Below are positions 47,710 through 61,130 of a stretch of 64,000 nucleotides of DNA, piece by piece (positions within the stretch are counted from its first letter, which is position 1; each line of letters starts with the position of its first letter). The notes beneath the pieces are model-generated. The model saw only the letters and a program-made list of their open reading frames with translations, did not search any database and was not told the origin of the DNA. The DNA comes from Asterias rubens (Eukaryota). The translations under genes were made by a program, and so were the position numbers. The stretch covers positions 14,632,001 to 14,696,000 of the forward strand of contig NC_047069.1 of assembly GCF_902459465.1 (NCBI RefSeq), given 5' to 3'.

Positions 47710-49419
47710 GCAAGGAAGATCGACATTTCCGTAATTTGATCCGCCATCTTAAATTGGCGTTGAACTGTCAAGACCACTTTTCGTCGTCGACCAATTGCTC
47801 CCATTAACTTTTCCTTTTCTAACCGAAATCAGCAGGAAATTTAATCCAAAATGAAACTAAATGTTTGAACCAAATCACCATCGTTTTGCATCACCACCAC
47901 AGAGTTGAAGAGTTAATACATCGACCGAGCGGTATCGCAAAACGGCCCTTTACCGTGACTCAGTGTTCCCCAAGGATCGACCTTTGGCCCTCTTTTTGGT
48001 TTTAAGATTAATTGGTAATGACCTTCGACACCTCAACACCTGTAGCATGCATCGAGTTTCAAAGACGGATTCTATATGTTCCCCCTTTTTCAAACCCCAT
48101 ACACTGAACATATACAGCTGCATTTCAAATCTTTGGAGAATATCCCAGCCCGTGAACACCCAGCACAAGAAACACATACTTGTACATTCCTCCAGCTTCA
48201 ACCAAAAAAAGCTGAAGAATCTCGAATCTTTATTTTGATAAATCATGGTCCTCTGTGGAGTTGGACATTGAGTGGGCCCATGGGAGTAGTTAAGCTGAAT
48301 AGGAGCTTGCTATGAATATGCCAACGGCCATGCTAGGCACGCTACCTGAGCTCAATTCTGGTTCAATTTGACGAAACCTTCTCCAGTTTATCTACACCAC
48401 GTTATTACGCATTGGAATCAGCGGTGACAGGCTTGGGGAAAACAGTGGATTTTACGGGTCAGAAATATTGACACCGTGGACTGACTCGTTCTTTAAAATG
48501 TTCTCGGTCATGTACCACAGATATCAGCGTCTTAACTCATGTGATCAAACTTACTCAACAACTCAAGATGATCTATATCAGTGTGTTTGCATAATATTAC
48601 AATGATCTATGATAACCCATAGTGCTGCCTTGAAGTTTGAATACGAGCCTTTCCTCATGTGGTTCGAATCCCACCTCGCGAGTCCCGTCTCGGAGGGCAA
48701 TCCCATCATATGTTTTCTTGATTACGAGGGTTTCAGTCTCTCATTGAACCAGTTTCCATCTTAAATACTAACTGTTCATTAATAAACTCAAACATTCTCT
48801 TGACAGGCAACAATTTTCATTCGGTTTATAGCCCTCGATTTCTTTCGAAAAAAGCGAACTGCAGAGAAAGGATTTAGAGTACAATGGCAAGAGTTGCTAC
48901 ACTTCAATCTCATGCCATTACGAACACTCGGATTTACTCCTACATGGCCACCCGCACTCTCGCTCGCATTTAAAGAAATTAAATACACTATTCTTTCTCG
49001 ACAAGCTGATCATCCATTGCAATAATGTTATATGATGAAGTAAATACTCCAAGAAGTGGAACGAACTTGCATTGACTAATGCTGCTGGTTGGTTGTACCA
49101 TTTATCATGTGTTATGTCACTTTTTTTTGTAAAAGTCTGTTTCAGCACTAATATTTATTTGTTTATTAGAACACACAGAAAGTTAAGAGGTATGTTTTGG
49201 AAAACAAGCATCTGAACTCTGACTGATGTCACGCCTGCTTTCGTTCCCACTCTCGTCCCCGAGCATGTTTTTTTTTTTTAAACACAACTGAGTCGAGAGA
49301 AATCGGGGGGTTGATCTGCATTTAAAGTTTTAGTCTGATCTTTAAAAATACTGTTATTACAAAAGTTGTAAATGTAATGTCAGTCAAGAACAAAACAGAA
49401 CAGAATGTAATGTACTCAC

Positions 49420-49600
49420 CAATAAAGACTAAACTGTGATCCACTCCAGAGGGCGTTCACACAAGAAAGCATCCACCTCTGATTAACTCGTCAAGATCTT
49501 TCGGCTCCGTGTCACAAGTTTCAAAATCTTGTCCAGAGAAGAAGACTGCCACAGATCAAAGTCTTTGTAGTAAATTCACAGAGGCAGTGCTGTTCAATGT
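49420..49600 (-). other. Candidate 181-nt non-coding exon (5'-UTR or lncRNA)
   Basis: Strong acceptor ttttttatcgtctgtgtttgttgcag| and donor TTG|GTGAGTA. All three frames contain stops. Confidence 0.6.
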
Positions 49601-51711
49601 CTGCAACAAACACAGACGATAAAAAATAAAAATAGAGAGTAAATTTGGCGCCCAAAAAGGGGGGTCCTATCTCTGGATGAAGAAAAAAAAGAGGAAAGAA
49701 TGGAAGTGTTGTGTACTTAAAAAGAATTCCGCAAGTCCTGATGTTAAGTTCGTTTACTGATGTTAGTGACTTCCGAACAAACAACGTCGTTGATGGAACA
49801 CGTCGGCTGAGCCTGGACTATAATCGACTCAGCGGTAATTCCAAGTCACTCCATGTGCCAAACCCATCCCGTCCGGAAATTGCGAGAAGCACTTGCCCCG
49901 TGACGGTGTCGCCAGCGGTCTATACCAGACCAGAAGAGAGACTCAGAGGATAGAGGGATGAAGTACAGCCAGGTCAGAAGGCGAAATCATCGGCGGCGAT
50001 AGCTGGAGTTAGGCCAGTCCCAAGTATCACAAGCTATTGAGCAGGTGCCCTATAATAACCAAACGACACTCCAAAGGGAATACTGGCAGAGAGATACACA
50101 TGTTAAGGTTCACGCAAAGTTTCTTGACTTCTTCGTTTTCTCATTATAAGAAAGTCATAACAAAAAAAGTCAACCCCAAGCTCAGGTATATAGGTTTGGT
50201 CCCACCGCTGGGTCTAATATGACCTTTTACACTGCGCAGTAATGCCAACTTTGCACACAAGCCCAGATGTCTGACTTGCAATCCTTATGCACGCAGGGGA
50301 CGGCAACCTGACACTAGGAGAGTCTTCATGTATTTTGTCACAGATCACAATATGAGAAGCAGATGAATATGTGGTTGGTTAAACCGAAGGGCATCGCCGT
50401 CAAGAAGAAAAAAAAATCTATGCAATAATTTCTCTTCTTTATAATAGACCATTGAGGTTGAACAGACATAGCCTATAGCTTCTTCTTCAGCAAAGCTTTC
50501 TAACGCATCTCAAAGCCCCTCTGCGTTCGAACCGCATGGGACCCTCACGATCTGAAGCAGCCCCCGGGATTTCCGAAAGTTGTTTTGTTTCGAGGATAAA
50601 GGTGACTTTGACAAGTGACCCGAACGGCCTAGATTTCCGTTATGGAGGGTGTCATTTTGTGGCATTTCGTAGATTAGGGATGGATGCACCACCGTTGAAC
50701 GAATCTCCCCCTTTGGAACAGCGGGGGTCTATGTGCACATGGCATGTTGTAGCGCAGCACAACCATCAAGACAAACATAGATCCTTTATCTATGTATATT
50801 CAGATGTAATTCTTTCAACAAATGGTTAAATGAACCGAAATCTGATTTGGAAGTTATGTTTTTTTTTATAACCTGTTATATAGGGTATTCTCAACCTTGA
50901 GTGTTGGGCATCTGTGAAATACGTCAGCATTAATGTATGCTTCAACTTTAAGCCAACATTAGATCAAAACGGGCCTTGTGTATGCCTACAGTACAACATC
51001 ACACCGTGTGCACTTCACTCACACAGTGTGCTGGTTTTCCCTGTAATTAAAATTACCTTTAAATACCGACTATGCACTGACTGAAATCATCATAACTTAC
51101 CAATAAACATTGCTTCCCAAGTTATGAATCCTTACTCTTCTTACTTGCAAAAAATAATGCTAATCCGTCCTCAACCCAAATAGTGTTGATATATCAGTAC
51201 CGAGGACCCTCATGTCCCCCCCCCCCCCAATGTACCATGTCAAGTGAGGTCTAGTGTTCTCCATTGTGACCCCCAAGTGATGACGTATTGTCCCTTGTGT
51301 TACGCACAACTTTCTGCATTAGCAGTATTAGAGTTAAGCCTACTTTGGTCTTTCTTTCAAATCTGTTTGGATTTAACGGGATTTGAGTGAGACTCACTAG
51401 TTGCCTGTGTCATGGTCGAGAGATAAGGACACGCCATATTGGCCAATGAACATTTTTATTTTGACCTCTAGACGAGGGAGGGCGCCCTACTCAAAATAAT
51501 GACGTCACGTGTTTAGTAAGGGTATCCAAACCGTTTATGTTGCTTTCTATAAACTCTAACACGTAACCAGACCGAATTTGGTTAAAAATTCCACAGGTCT
51601 TTTGTATTGTGTGTTTATGTCAACCTAACGAATGGGACTTCTAAAAACAATGACGTCATACTTTCCATTCAAAGGTCTTTGTGGATGATATGTGGTTTTT
51701 TGAAGGTTCAT

Positions 51712-51773
51712 GTTTGGATTCGAACCTACAACCTTGCGACTTATAAAGCAGACAATCTATAACACTACTGAAG
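51712..51773 (-). mobile_element. tRNA-derived SINE head fragment
   Basis: B box GGTTCGAATCC at 51716-51726, with a degenerate A-box region upstream. No cloverleaf acceptor stem. Confidence 0.4.
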
Positions 51774-52314
51774 AGACTTTTCCACACAACGATCTCCTAA
51801 AACCTTAAAGTTTTGAAAGTGTGAACAAGGTCTCCTAATTCCCATCAGGGATCAATCGCCAACTGGAATTCTGGCCAACCTTCAGAAAGGTGATTGGAAA
51901 CATTGACGAATTTAATAAGAACCTTCTCTGTTTTGAAATTGCTGACTTGGGTAAAAGAAGAGGAAAAAAGAAGAAACAAAAAGAAAGAATGAATTTCAAG
52001 TAATCAAATTAAATTAAGACCCTCGAATAATGTTCTCCTGGGCCGCCCCAGGCTAGCCAGGTCTGTTTGGTGTAACGCCAAGGATTATGGAACTCATGTT
52101 CTTAACAATTGAGTGAAGTCCCCGTTATTTGCAGCAAAATTCCCGGCCATTTTGTGGCCCTCCATGGGCCTTAAATCCGCAGATGTCATCGATAGCCACT
52201 CTTGCCAGACCATATGGAGATAGTCCGATAATCTCTTCTCCACCACTAAAACCATGGAATGTCAATACCGGGCAGCGCGTCCCACGGGCCGCCGACAGAT
52301 GGTGATGATTCCCC

Positions 52315-52324
52315 GCTCACCTTC
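52315..52324 (-). other. Strong splice donor (AAG|GTGAGC) at the edge of a GC-rich patch
   Basis: Plus strand gctcac|cttc; the exon's last base is 52321. The 5' end of the exon is undetermined. Confidence 0.4.
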
Positions 52325-53039
52325 CTGCCCTCTCGGTATTCTCAACGTTTGGTTTCTATTTCCGCTTTCCCTCTATTTTTCTGTTTCCTTTTTTTTTTCT
52401 CGTGTGAAATTTCTTCTTGACTTCTCATCGGTTGCTAGTTCACGCCAGGGCAATTATGGTTCAGGCAAGGTCGATGGATAACATAGGTATATCAAGTAAT
52501 TGGTCCTGTTAACAGTTATAAGGATTCCTGGACTTTGAAAGCGGGTCCAATAAGTTTAGCAAAAAGGTCCTTGCAGTAACACTCTCCATGCGAGACCTTC
52601 AAAGGCCGACGAAAGGGCGCCCTCACTTCAATATGTCGAAATCTTGAGTGTTATTTTCCTCGATTTAATTTATTCACAGAAAGGAGAAGGAAACGACAAG
52701 AACATAAGGTAAGAAGGAACTTTCCTAATGGTTAAGCAGACACAAATATTTAAAAATGAACTGAACGAACACACTTTTTCCAAAAATGCATTATTATGGA
52801 GTATCTTCTGTTCTAGTCTTTTGCCCTGCTCTATAAAATACCAGTTTCCAATAGGCTATGTTCACAACATTCCTTGTGGCGCACCCTAGTCTTTAGAATT
52901 CCCTTATATATGGAGTCCTTTTATTTTCCCTTTCTTGTTTCGTCCTCGGTCGTCTTCAAACCGAAAAAGATCACCTTAAAACACAACGATCCTAAAACAA
53001 CACAGACACAAAGATTGACACCGAGCCGGCAAAAATGTA

Positions 53040-53163
53040 CAAACAACTACAGCACCCCCCCCCCCCCCATCATTACAACCCTATTAATATTACAAAGTCT
53101 CAAACAACAGCACCCCCCCCCCCCACCCCATCATTACAACCCTATTAATATTACAAAGTCTCA
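53040..53163. repeat. Tandem duplication, period about 61 bp, with poly-C tracts
   Basis: agcacc(C)n-catcattacaaccctattaatattacaaagtctca x2. Confidence 0.9.
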
Positions 53164-53293
53164 GACCATAAATTTTAATTTTTTTCGAAAACAATAAACC
53201 CAAGCATCCCCACCGCAAACTTCCCCGCGTTATATTAATCCGAGGCCAATACCCAAACCACGAGGATGGCGGGAATTAAAAAGGATTAAACAA

Positions 53294-53563
53294 CTATATA
53301 TAGAGTCACGCTTTGGTATTACCGTTTGGGCTTACTCATTATGGCTTCCCGTATCATGTACGCAGTTTGTTAAAAACAATAAACACGTTGTTTACCAAAA
53401 AATACATCGCGCGCGAATCGTGAGGGAGATACAGTCGATCGAGCACAACAAATCTGGCTTTGACGTCATTAATTTGCCAAGATGGCTTTCTTAATGCATG
53501 ATTTTAAGGCTGCGATGCACTTTGAACGAACCCTTGGTGACGTCACGATTTATGTTGACGTCA
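53294..53563 (-). promoter_or_regulatory. Candidate promoter: TATA-like element, three full CREs and a YY1-like motif
   Basis: CTATATATAG at 53294-53303. TGACGTCA at 53461, 53538 and 53556. CAAGATGGC at 53478-53486. CpG-rich. Confidence 0.45.
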
Positions 53564-53854
53564 CTTATCGTCTTTCGCCATAAGTCGGTGCGGAGATTTT
53601 GATTTTGTCCCTACAGTACGACAGTGGGTTGAGTGTAATAATAATTATAGAAGTCTTATATAGCATGCACAGTATCGATAAGGTACTCAAGGCGCTTGAA
53701 CAGACATAAATGTTTCAATAGAGGTTTTTTAAAAATATTTTTATTAAAAAACCTAAATTTTATGTAGCACCTTGTTGTCGCCACTGGCCAGAAACACCGG
53801 GCAAGTTCCTTCTCTTAGAGATAATGTTACTGTGTTCTTTTACGAACACGAACA

Positions 53855-54217
53855 TTAAAGGGAGGTAATTGTCAAAGACCAGTGTTCTCACTTGGTGTAT
53901 CTCAACATATGCATAAAATAACAAACCTGTGAACATTTGAGCTCAATTGGTCATCGGAGTTGGGAGAAAATGATAAAAGAAAAACACCCTTGTTGTACGA
54001 ATTTGTGTGCTTTCAGATAGGAATAAAAGACTTCTAGCTAGAAGTGTTTTATTATTTAAGTGAGAAATTACCTCTATTTCAAAATCTATGCTACTTTAGA
54101 GGGAGCCGTTTTTCGCAATGTTTTATACTATCAACAGCTCTCCAATGCTCGTTACCAAGTCAGTTTTCAAGTTGATATTTGTTTTGAGTAATTACCAAAC
54201 GTGTACCTTCCCTGTAA
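53855..54217 (+). mobile_element. Family A-related MITE with AGGGAAGGTACACG-type TIR
   Basis: TTAA|agggaggtaattgtc...aaacgtgtaccttccct|gtaa. The internal sequence is shared with A'. Confidence 0.75.
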
Positions 54218-54253
54218 GCAACACATGTGTAAAACAGTAAACTTGAGTCAGAC

Positions 54254-54643
54254 TTAAAGGCCGTTGACACTATTGGTAATTACTCAAAATATTTTTTAGC
54301 ATAAAAACTTACTTGGTAACAAGCAATAGATAGCTGTTGATAGTATAAAACATTCTGAGAAACGACTCCCTCTGAAGTAATCCCCAGAAAGAAGTAATTC
54401 TCCACGAATTTTATTTCGAGACCTCAGAATTAGATTTTGAGGTCCCGAAATCAAGCATCAGAAAGCACACAACTTAGTGTGATCGTGTGACAAAGGTGTT
54501 TTGTCTTCCATTTTTATCTCGCAACTTCGACGACCAATTGAGTTCAAATTTTCACAGGTTTGTTATTTTGTGCATATGTTGAGAGATACACCAAGTGAGA
54601 AGACTGGTCTTTGACAATTACCAAAGGTGTCCAGTGTCTTTGA
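54254..54643 (-). mobile_element. Family A MITE
   Basis: TTAA|aggccgttgacac...gtccagtgtct|ttga. Confidence 0.8.
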
Positions 54644-54679
54644 TGAATATGATAGTGAAGAAGCCATATTGTAACATAA

Positions 54680-54812
54680 AGGCTAAGTCCGAATTGGCGA
54701 CTATAACGTCTATGGCTAGATCATCGTGCGTTGAAGTATATAGTAAAGTCGTTGCCGTAGCCGTAGCCGTAGCCGTAGCCGTAGCTGTAGCCGCCTATTT
54801 GGGTATAGGCCT
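54680..54812. mobile_element. Small MITE with an internal (GCCGTA)n tract
   Basis: Imperfect TIRs aggctaagtccgaattggcg / cgcctatttgggtataggcct. Related left-end sequence occurs in the 70-bp repeats at 31.2 kb. Confidence 0.5.
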
Positions 54813-54982
54813 ACGGACTGCTGACTGACATCAATGAATCGTCACTGAAAATGTCAACTGGAACAAACTATAGTCTATAATTAGATGAGAGTATACACAG
54901 AGATCGTGGTTCGCTTTCGAAGAAAGATGAATTAAAATGTCATGTAAATATAAGTTGTGACGGATTTGTGACTCCGTGTTTG

Positions 54983-55412
54983 TTAAAGGGTATAGTATGT
55001 ACTTTTTCCTATTAAAAACAGAATGTCCACAGATTTACATTAAACTTACACAGTTTGAAGATTATGATAGTAGAAAGCTTCCCTTGAAATTTTACTTACT
55101 GAGGTGCTGTAGATTTTGAGAAATGAGTAAAAGTAATAATTTTCGTCTCAGTTTTAGCATGTAAAAACGTATTAACCAGTTATGCTATGGTTTTGGTATA
55201 ATATCATACTGGTTAAGGAGATTTTACATGCTAAAATCACTTTGGTCTCATGAGAACAAAACTATTTTGTGATTTCTTTTACTCATTTCTCAAAAACTAC
55301 ACAACCTTAGTTAGTAATAATTTGAAGGGAAGCTTTCCACTATCATTATCTTCAAACCCTGTAAGTTTAATGTAAATCTGTGGACATTTTGAAAAAGTAC
55401 CCGAATCCTTAA
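54983..55412 (+). mobile_element. Family C TTAA-MITE with long subterminal inverted repeats
   Basis: TTAA|agggtatagtatgtactttt...aaaaagtacccgaatcc|TTAA. Inverted arms exceed 100 bp; homologous to 62474-62903. Confidence 0.85.
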
Positions 55413-55608
55413 AAGTGTGAGACCCGTTTTAATTTATTTACATTACAGTTTTTGTTCCTTGAAAACAAAGTAAGACACATTGCTTTATTGTTTCAGATTG
55501 GATGTTTTTTGTTAATACAATCACAAAAAAATTACTTCACATGGATTCCTCGTTACGTTACACAATAAACATAACTCATAATTTTTATCATTCGAAAGAA
55601 CAAGGCAT

Positions 55609-55994
55609 TTAAAGACAGTGGACACTATTGGTAATTGTCAAAGACTAGCCTTCCCAGTTGGTGTATCTCAACATGTGCATACAATTACAAACCTGTGAAA
55701 AATTGAGCTCAATCGGTCATCGAAGTTGCAAGATAATAATGAAAGAAAAAACACCCTTGTCACACGAAGTTGTGTGCGTTTAGATGGTTGATTTCGAGAC
55801 CTCAAGTTCTAAATCTGAGGTCTCGAAATCAAATTTGTGGAAAAATACTTCTTTCTCGAAAACTATGGCACTTTAGAGGGAGCCGTTTCTCACAATGTTT
55901 TATACCATCAACCTCTCCCCGTTACTCGTCACAAAGAAAGGTTTTATGCTAATAATTATTTTGAGTAATTACCAATAGTGTCCACTGCCTTTAA
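55609..55994 (+). mobile_element. Family A MITE, full length
   Basis: TTAA flanks, TIRs and internal palindrome present. Confidence 0.85.
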
Positions 55995-58076
55995 CAAAAA
56001 TAATGCCCGTCACGCCATTTAACAAATAATTATTTGATTTTGTTTGTTAATCATCTCTTGAAAATAATCACCCGCCAGTCAGAATTACTTTCTTATTTTT
56101 TTATGCGGTTTTGATGGCTGTCTTAAAGCAGATGTTGAATCAAATAACCTGAGAAGTTGGGCTTACATTTTGAAGAGAGAGCAAATACACAGGAGCATTA
56201 CGTTTTCCAGTTTCGGCAAAGAAAAATACAGAAAAAAACAAGCGCGCCACCACTGAGGCAAAAACAATAATCAACGAAAAGCACGGAAAATTGGGGAACC
56301 AAAAGGAAATTTAGTTCCCTTGCCCCGTAAAAGACCTCCGGAACCAGAGAGCAGCTTTAACCCGTTGAGCCTCTCTTAGTATCAACCGGGTACAACATGA
56401 TAACAAACATTGATGCCATGCCGTCCGGTCAGCTGTCAGGGAACGGGAGGGGCGGGTTTCTCACGGCGATATTACGGCCGGGGAGAGGGGTGGAGAGACG
56501 GTAGGGTGAGGGGGAGGATAAAGAGGTTGACAGGCTGGACTGTGGATGGACTCGCTGGAAATGAGAGAAGAACCATGGAGAGACAAGTGAACGACCACCC
56601 ACCGTTTTATCCCATCCAGGAGTAGGAAAGGATGAGGGGGGGGGGGGGTCTTCACAGCGGGGTATAATGATTGGTGTGAGGTGTCGATGTCTGACTGACG
56701 GGTGACAAGGGCCTGTAGTCTTTTTTTCAAGCAGTTTGTTTGACGCTGGTTGATGGAGGGCATGGGTATTTGGATCGTGTGTGCATGAGTGAGCATGGAG
56801 GTGAGATTCGTGAGTACTGACTAGTGGCAGGTGAAAGGTCAACCGCAATTTGGATGACCTTAAAATGAAGTTCCACATACAGCCAAAAATCATTTAACGT
56901 TTTTAATCACTCGCTGCAATCACTCGATACATGATGATGCTGTCAACGACAACTTGACAGGAAATTCGCTCGACCCCCAGTTATATCCAACATACACAAC
57001 AACACATGACGATGGGAACAAGTCAAAAGTCAAGTACAACAGACACTTCTTATTAAAGGGTTGATTCGAACATGGATGAATGAAAACAAACTCCATAATT
57101 CGAACCAAAAGCCATAACTTGGGCCAAATATACTCAAGTTGGGACATCGTCCGAACTCGAGCAATAGACAACATGGCATGAAATCGAAACACACTGAAAA
57201 CGGCTGACCTGGCTGTATATGAGTTCAGGACTTGTATAAAACATTTCTGAAGTCGCTCACAACAAAATGTTATAATTTTACCCAGTATAGACTGTATATT
57301 ATGCTCGATTCGACTCGACCTTAATACTTCTTGTGAAGTATTTCTTTATCAGTGAAAATGGATCTGCAGTTTATTTTCACAACCCAGCTATGATTATGAA
57401 ATCTACGGATAACATTTCGCAGTTCAGAATATTTCCTGCAATACACATGCAGTTCATCGCTGGTGCTTGTTTAGACTCGTCAAACAAACCACCAGACCCC
57501 TGTTAGTTTACACGCAAAATTGTAAAATCATCGAATGTGAGACAAGCCCTTTCCCAAGAGCTGGTCGGATTTGGAACAGGCTACCAGTGGATGCAGTCAC
57601 TGAAACAAATCTAAGCACAATATTGACAGAGTAACAAATGGATTTTTTTGCAACCGACTTTCTCCATGAAAGAAGCAATGCTTTTAATACTGAGAGTACA
57701 AGAATTCAAGATTCAAGACGACTTGGCAAGTCTAATACATCCCACGGCGAGGATTCGAAACCCGATCTCTTCCGATCTCTCCCGGCATCGGATTCGGCAA
57801 TCGGATCTCCCTTGTATCGGACCTATTCGTGTCTCCGTGAACTTGGTTCGTTCCGGTGTAAGGTTCGGCTAATCTCTTGGGTTGGTAACCGAAAGCCTAG
57901 CCCTGCAGCGGAGAATGATACCATATACCGACCGGATACATCCGGTTTTGAAAGAAAATGAAACAAAAAATGAATTTGATCATTTTCACCTGTATTGGAC
58001 CTTGATTGCTGTAGAGGAACGCATCTAACTCTTGGATAAGTCTGTTAAAGGGGAGTTGTACGTTTAGTAATCACTC

Positions 58077-58463
58077 TTAATGGCAGTGTACACTATTGGT
58101 AATTAAAATAATTATTATCATAAAACCTTTCTTGAATACGGGTAATGGGGAGCTGTTGATAGTATAACACATTGTGAGAAACGGCTCCCTCTGAAGTAAC
58201 GTAGTTTTCGAGAAAGAAGTAATTTTCAACGAATTTGATTTCGAGACCTCAGATTTAGAATTTGAGGTCTCGAAATCAAGCATCTGAAAGCACACAACTT
58301 CGTGTGACCATGGTGCGACAAGGGTATTTTTTTTTCAATTAATATCTCGCATCTTCGACGACAAATTGAGCGCAAATTTTCACAGGTTAGTTATATGTTG
58401 AGGTACACCAACTGTGAAGACTATAGTCTTTGACAATTACCAATTAGTGTCCAATGTCTTTGA
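58077..58463 (-). mobile_element. Family A MITE
   Basis: TTAA|tggcagtgtacac...gtccaatgtct|ttga. Confidence 0.8.
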
Positions 58464-59945
58464 TGGCAATCAAATCTTTTGGTTAGAAGCCTGTAATAGC
58501 AGCTTTTGATATAAAGCATTTTGAAAATCATTTTCACTTCGAAGTAATGTGGTTAGGTCTGTAAAGAGATATCGGTTTGTATCCCCAAATGTCAATCTAG
58601 GAAGCGTTTCTGAACACCACTGTTGTTGTTTCGGCAGAAATGAATGTTATTTTAACACCCCAATGTGTACATTTTGATATTTGTTTTGTAATAATATGTG
58701 ATAGCACCCCCGGTTTCTGCAAAGCACCTATGGCCAACGTGAACATTTCAAAAAACACTTCATTAGGAAAGTAACAATAAAACCAGTCTATGATATTTGT
58801 TAAGTTGATCGCTATTATAGTAGTTACTGGGGTAAGCTCTCAGAAAGAAAAAAAAATACTTTATTTTCCCACCAATAATTATCATCTTTATACTTGGCAA
58901 GATTGAAAATATGGAATAGGCCTACAACCACAAACTGATTGCGCAAAATGTCTATCGTGAGGAATGAATGCACAGGTGCAGTATATTAACAAAAGCCTAT
59001 TTATGTAGACAGACAATACTGTCAATAAAATCAACTAGGTTCGAGTTGACATGAAAGGGTCACTCTTTCTGGTTAATTGTAATGTCTTCATCGGAAGTCA
59101 ATGAGTACGCCGTTACGCCGTACCACCACGGACGTGTGTGTCATTTCAAATGCAACCTCGCTCCCACGGGCGACGCACTGTATATTATGTGTTCTCTCTC
59201 ACGTAAAAATAGCTCTTTTCTTACGGGTTACTTCTCTTAAAGTTAATGTTTTGGCAGTGCACTATTTGAAAAGTATGGAAATAAATGTGAGTTTGAATTG
59301 AACTGAAATGATAAAGAGGTATTTATTCACTCCCTAGGCTAGCACAACAAACATGACTAGACAAGATTGTGCACCCGTTGGGATGGGAGAAAGGTTGTGT
59401 CAATGGGAAACAGTCTAATGCAGATTGGCGCCTACGTGGTGCAGTGGCGTAATTAAGAGATATCATTAACTGCGTCTGGGTAACTGCCGGAAACACGAAT
59501 AAGTTTGGGTCTTTAATGGTGGATCTTTTATGAAGTGAATAATAGACAAAAGACCCTGTTGTATATCCCAATTCGATTGATGTACCACCGGCAACCATCA
59601 TGGTGCCGTTGATTTTGAAGTTGTGCAGTAGGCCACAACCCAAAAACCTTGCATAGTTATGTAACTACACCATTGCATGCATTGGCGTCCATATTACTGG
59701 CAACTTATTTGTTAACTGAACACGGTCGAAACGTTACTATAGAGGGCCTAATGTTGCTACCTCCAAAGCCGCAGTGATGTTGTTAATATATTGCTAATTA
59801 TGGCAGAGGTAGCATTCATTTGAATATGCATGAATAATCAACGCTATAGCCCAATCCAGCCAAACACAATCACCAAATACACAAATCTCATTCTAAAGAA
59901 GACCCAACAACGCATGAGGGATAAAGCAACCTGGCACCATATCAT

Positions 59946-60327
59946 CTAAAGGAACACGTTGCCTTGGATCGGTCGAGTTGGTCTTTGAAAAGCGTTTGTA
60001 ACCGTTTGTTATAAAATGCATATGATTGGAAAGATATTTTAAAAGTAGAATATAATGATTCACACAAGTATCACACGCAATTGCACGGTTTTCCTTTTAC
60101 GTCGTCGACTAACACGGTCCGCCATTTATGGGAGTCAAATGTTTGACTCCCATAAATGGCCGACCGTGTAAGTTCGCAAATGAAAAAAGGAAAACCACGC
60201 AATTTCGAGGCAAATTTGTGTGGATCATTGTATTATACTTTTACAACAACTTTCTAACCATATGCATTTTATAACAAACGCTTTTCAAAGACCAACTCGA
60301 CCGATCCAAGGCAACGTGCTCCTTTAA
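59946..60327. mobile_element. Family B TTAA-MITE (foldback), longer copy
   Basis: Same TIRs as 41304-41609, with arms pairing almost to the centre. Confidence 0.9.
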
Positions 60328-61029
60328 GCTGATTCTACAATTCCACCCAAGGACGAAGGGTAATATCATATAAGACGAACTGGAGTATTAGCCTGAATTG
60401 TCTCTAAAAAATGTACACATTGGTAATAGCTGTGGTGCATCTTACCAAATGAGTGTTTATGGTCATTTATTCTGTAATTACAAAAGGACTAAACCCTCCC
60501 TTTAAGTTCAGTGAACTGCACTTTCACTGGTGTACCACCTCCTTTACAGCTCGAGAGAGTATCAGGCAACAGTGTATGTTATTAGAGCTGTCCACAAAAT
60601 ATGTTTGCGAACAAAAAATGTGTTGTCAATGTTGATGGGGTGACGACCCCAAATTGTACTACAGTTGTACCTCAACATAACCTCAGCAACTCCCCGCCCC
60701 CTCAACGTATTTATAGCGCACGCGTTTTGTCGAAAGAGGGCGCTGTATCAATCAGATGACGGGCAAACATGTACACGCCCAACCTTAAAATTGTTTGAAA
60801 TTCTTAAACTTCGCAATGATAACAACCACCAAATGTTGTGGGAACTGAAGTTTGTATTTTGAATCTTAATCATTACAATTTTGAAAGGATTGGTCGATAA
60901 GAACATAAGGAATTAACCATATGAGAGTCAATTTGGCAATGTGCCGTATTGCCTGTTTACGTAACCACGCCAAATGTTTCCAAACTTTTGAAGCCGGAAT
61001 TTATCAAGTTTTGAAAGCCCGCGACTAAC

Positions 61030-61130
61030 ATTGGTAATGGTAATTGTCAAAGACCAGTATTTGCACTTTGTTTTGAGATTTCAGTAACAATTAACCTGTA
61101 AAGTTTATGCTCAATTGGTCACCAGAGTCA
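61030..61130 (+). mobile_element. Family A left-end fragment
   Basis: ttggtaatggtaattgtcaaagaccagt...aacctgtaaagtttatgctcaattggtc. Confidence 0.55.

Noticed and set aside
48640-48690. tRNA gene at GGTTCGAATCCC (also GGGTTTCGAATCC at 57751-57763 on the minus strand)
   Set aside because: Only a B box is present; there is no A box at the correct spacing and no cloverleaf. At most these are SINE scraps.
52680-52708. 29-nt plus-strand exon (tcacag|...AAG|GTAAGA)
   Set aside because: The donor overlaps aagaacataag, the reverse of a CR1-type tail also seen at 41.9 and 60.9 kb, so it is probably fortuitous.
57638-57961. 107-aa ATG ORF
   Set aside because: It overlaps a B-box fragment and short ccgatc/atcgg inverted repeats, and has no domain or splice support.
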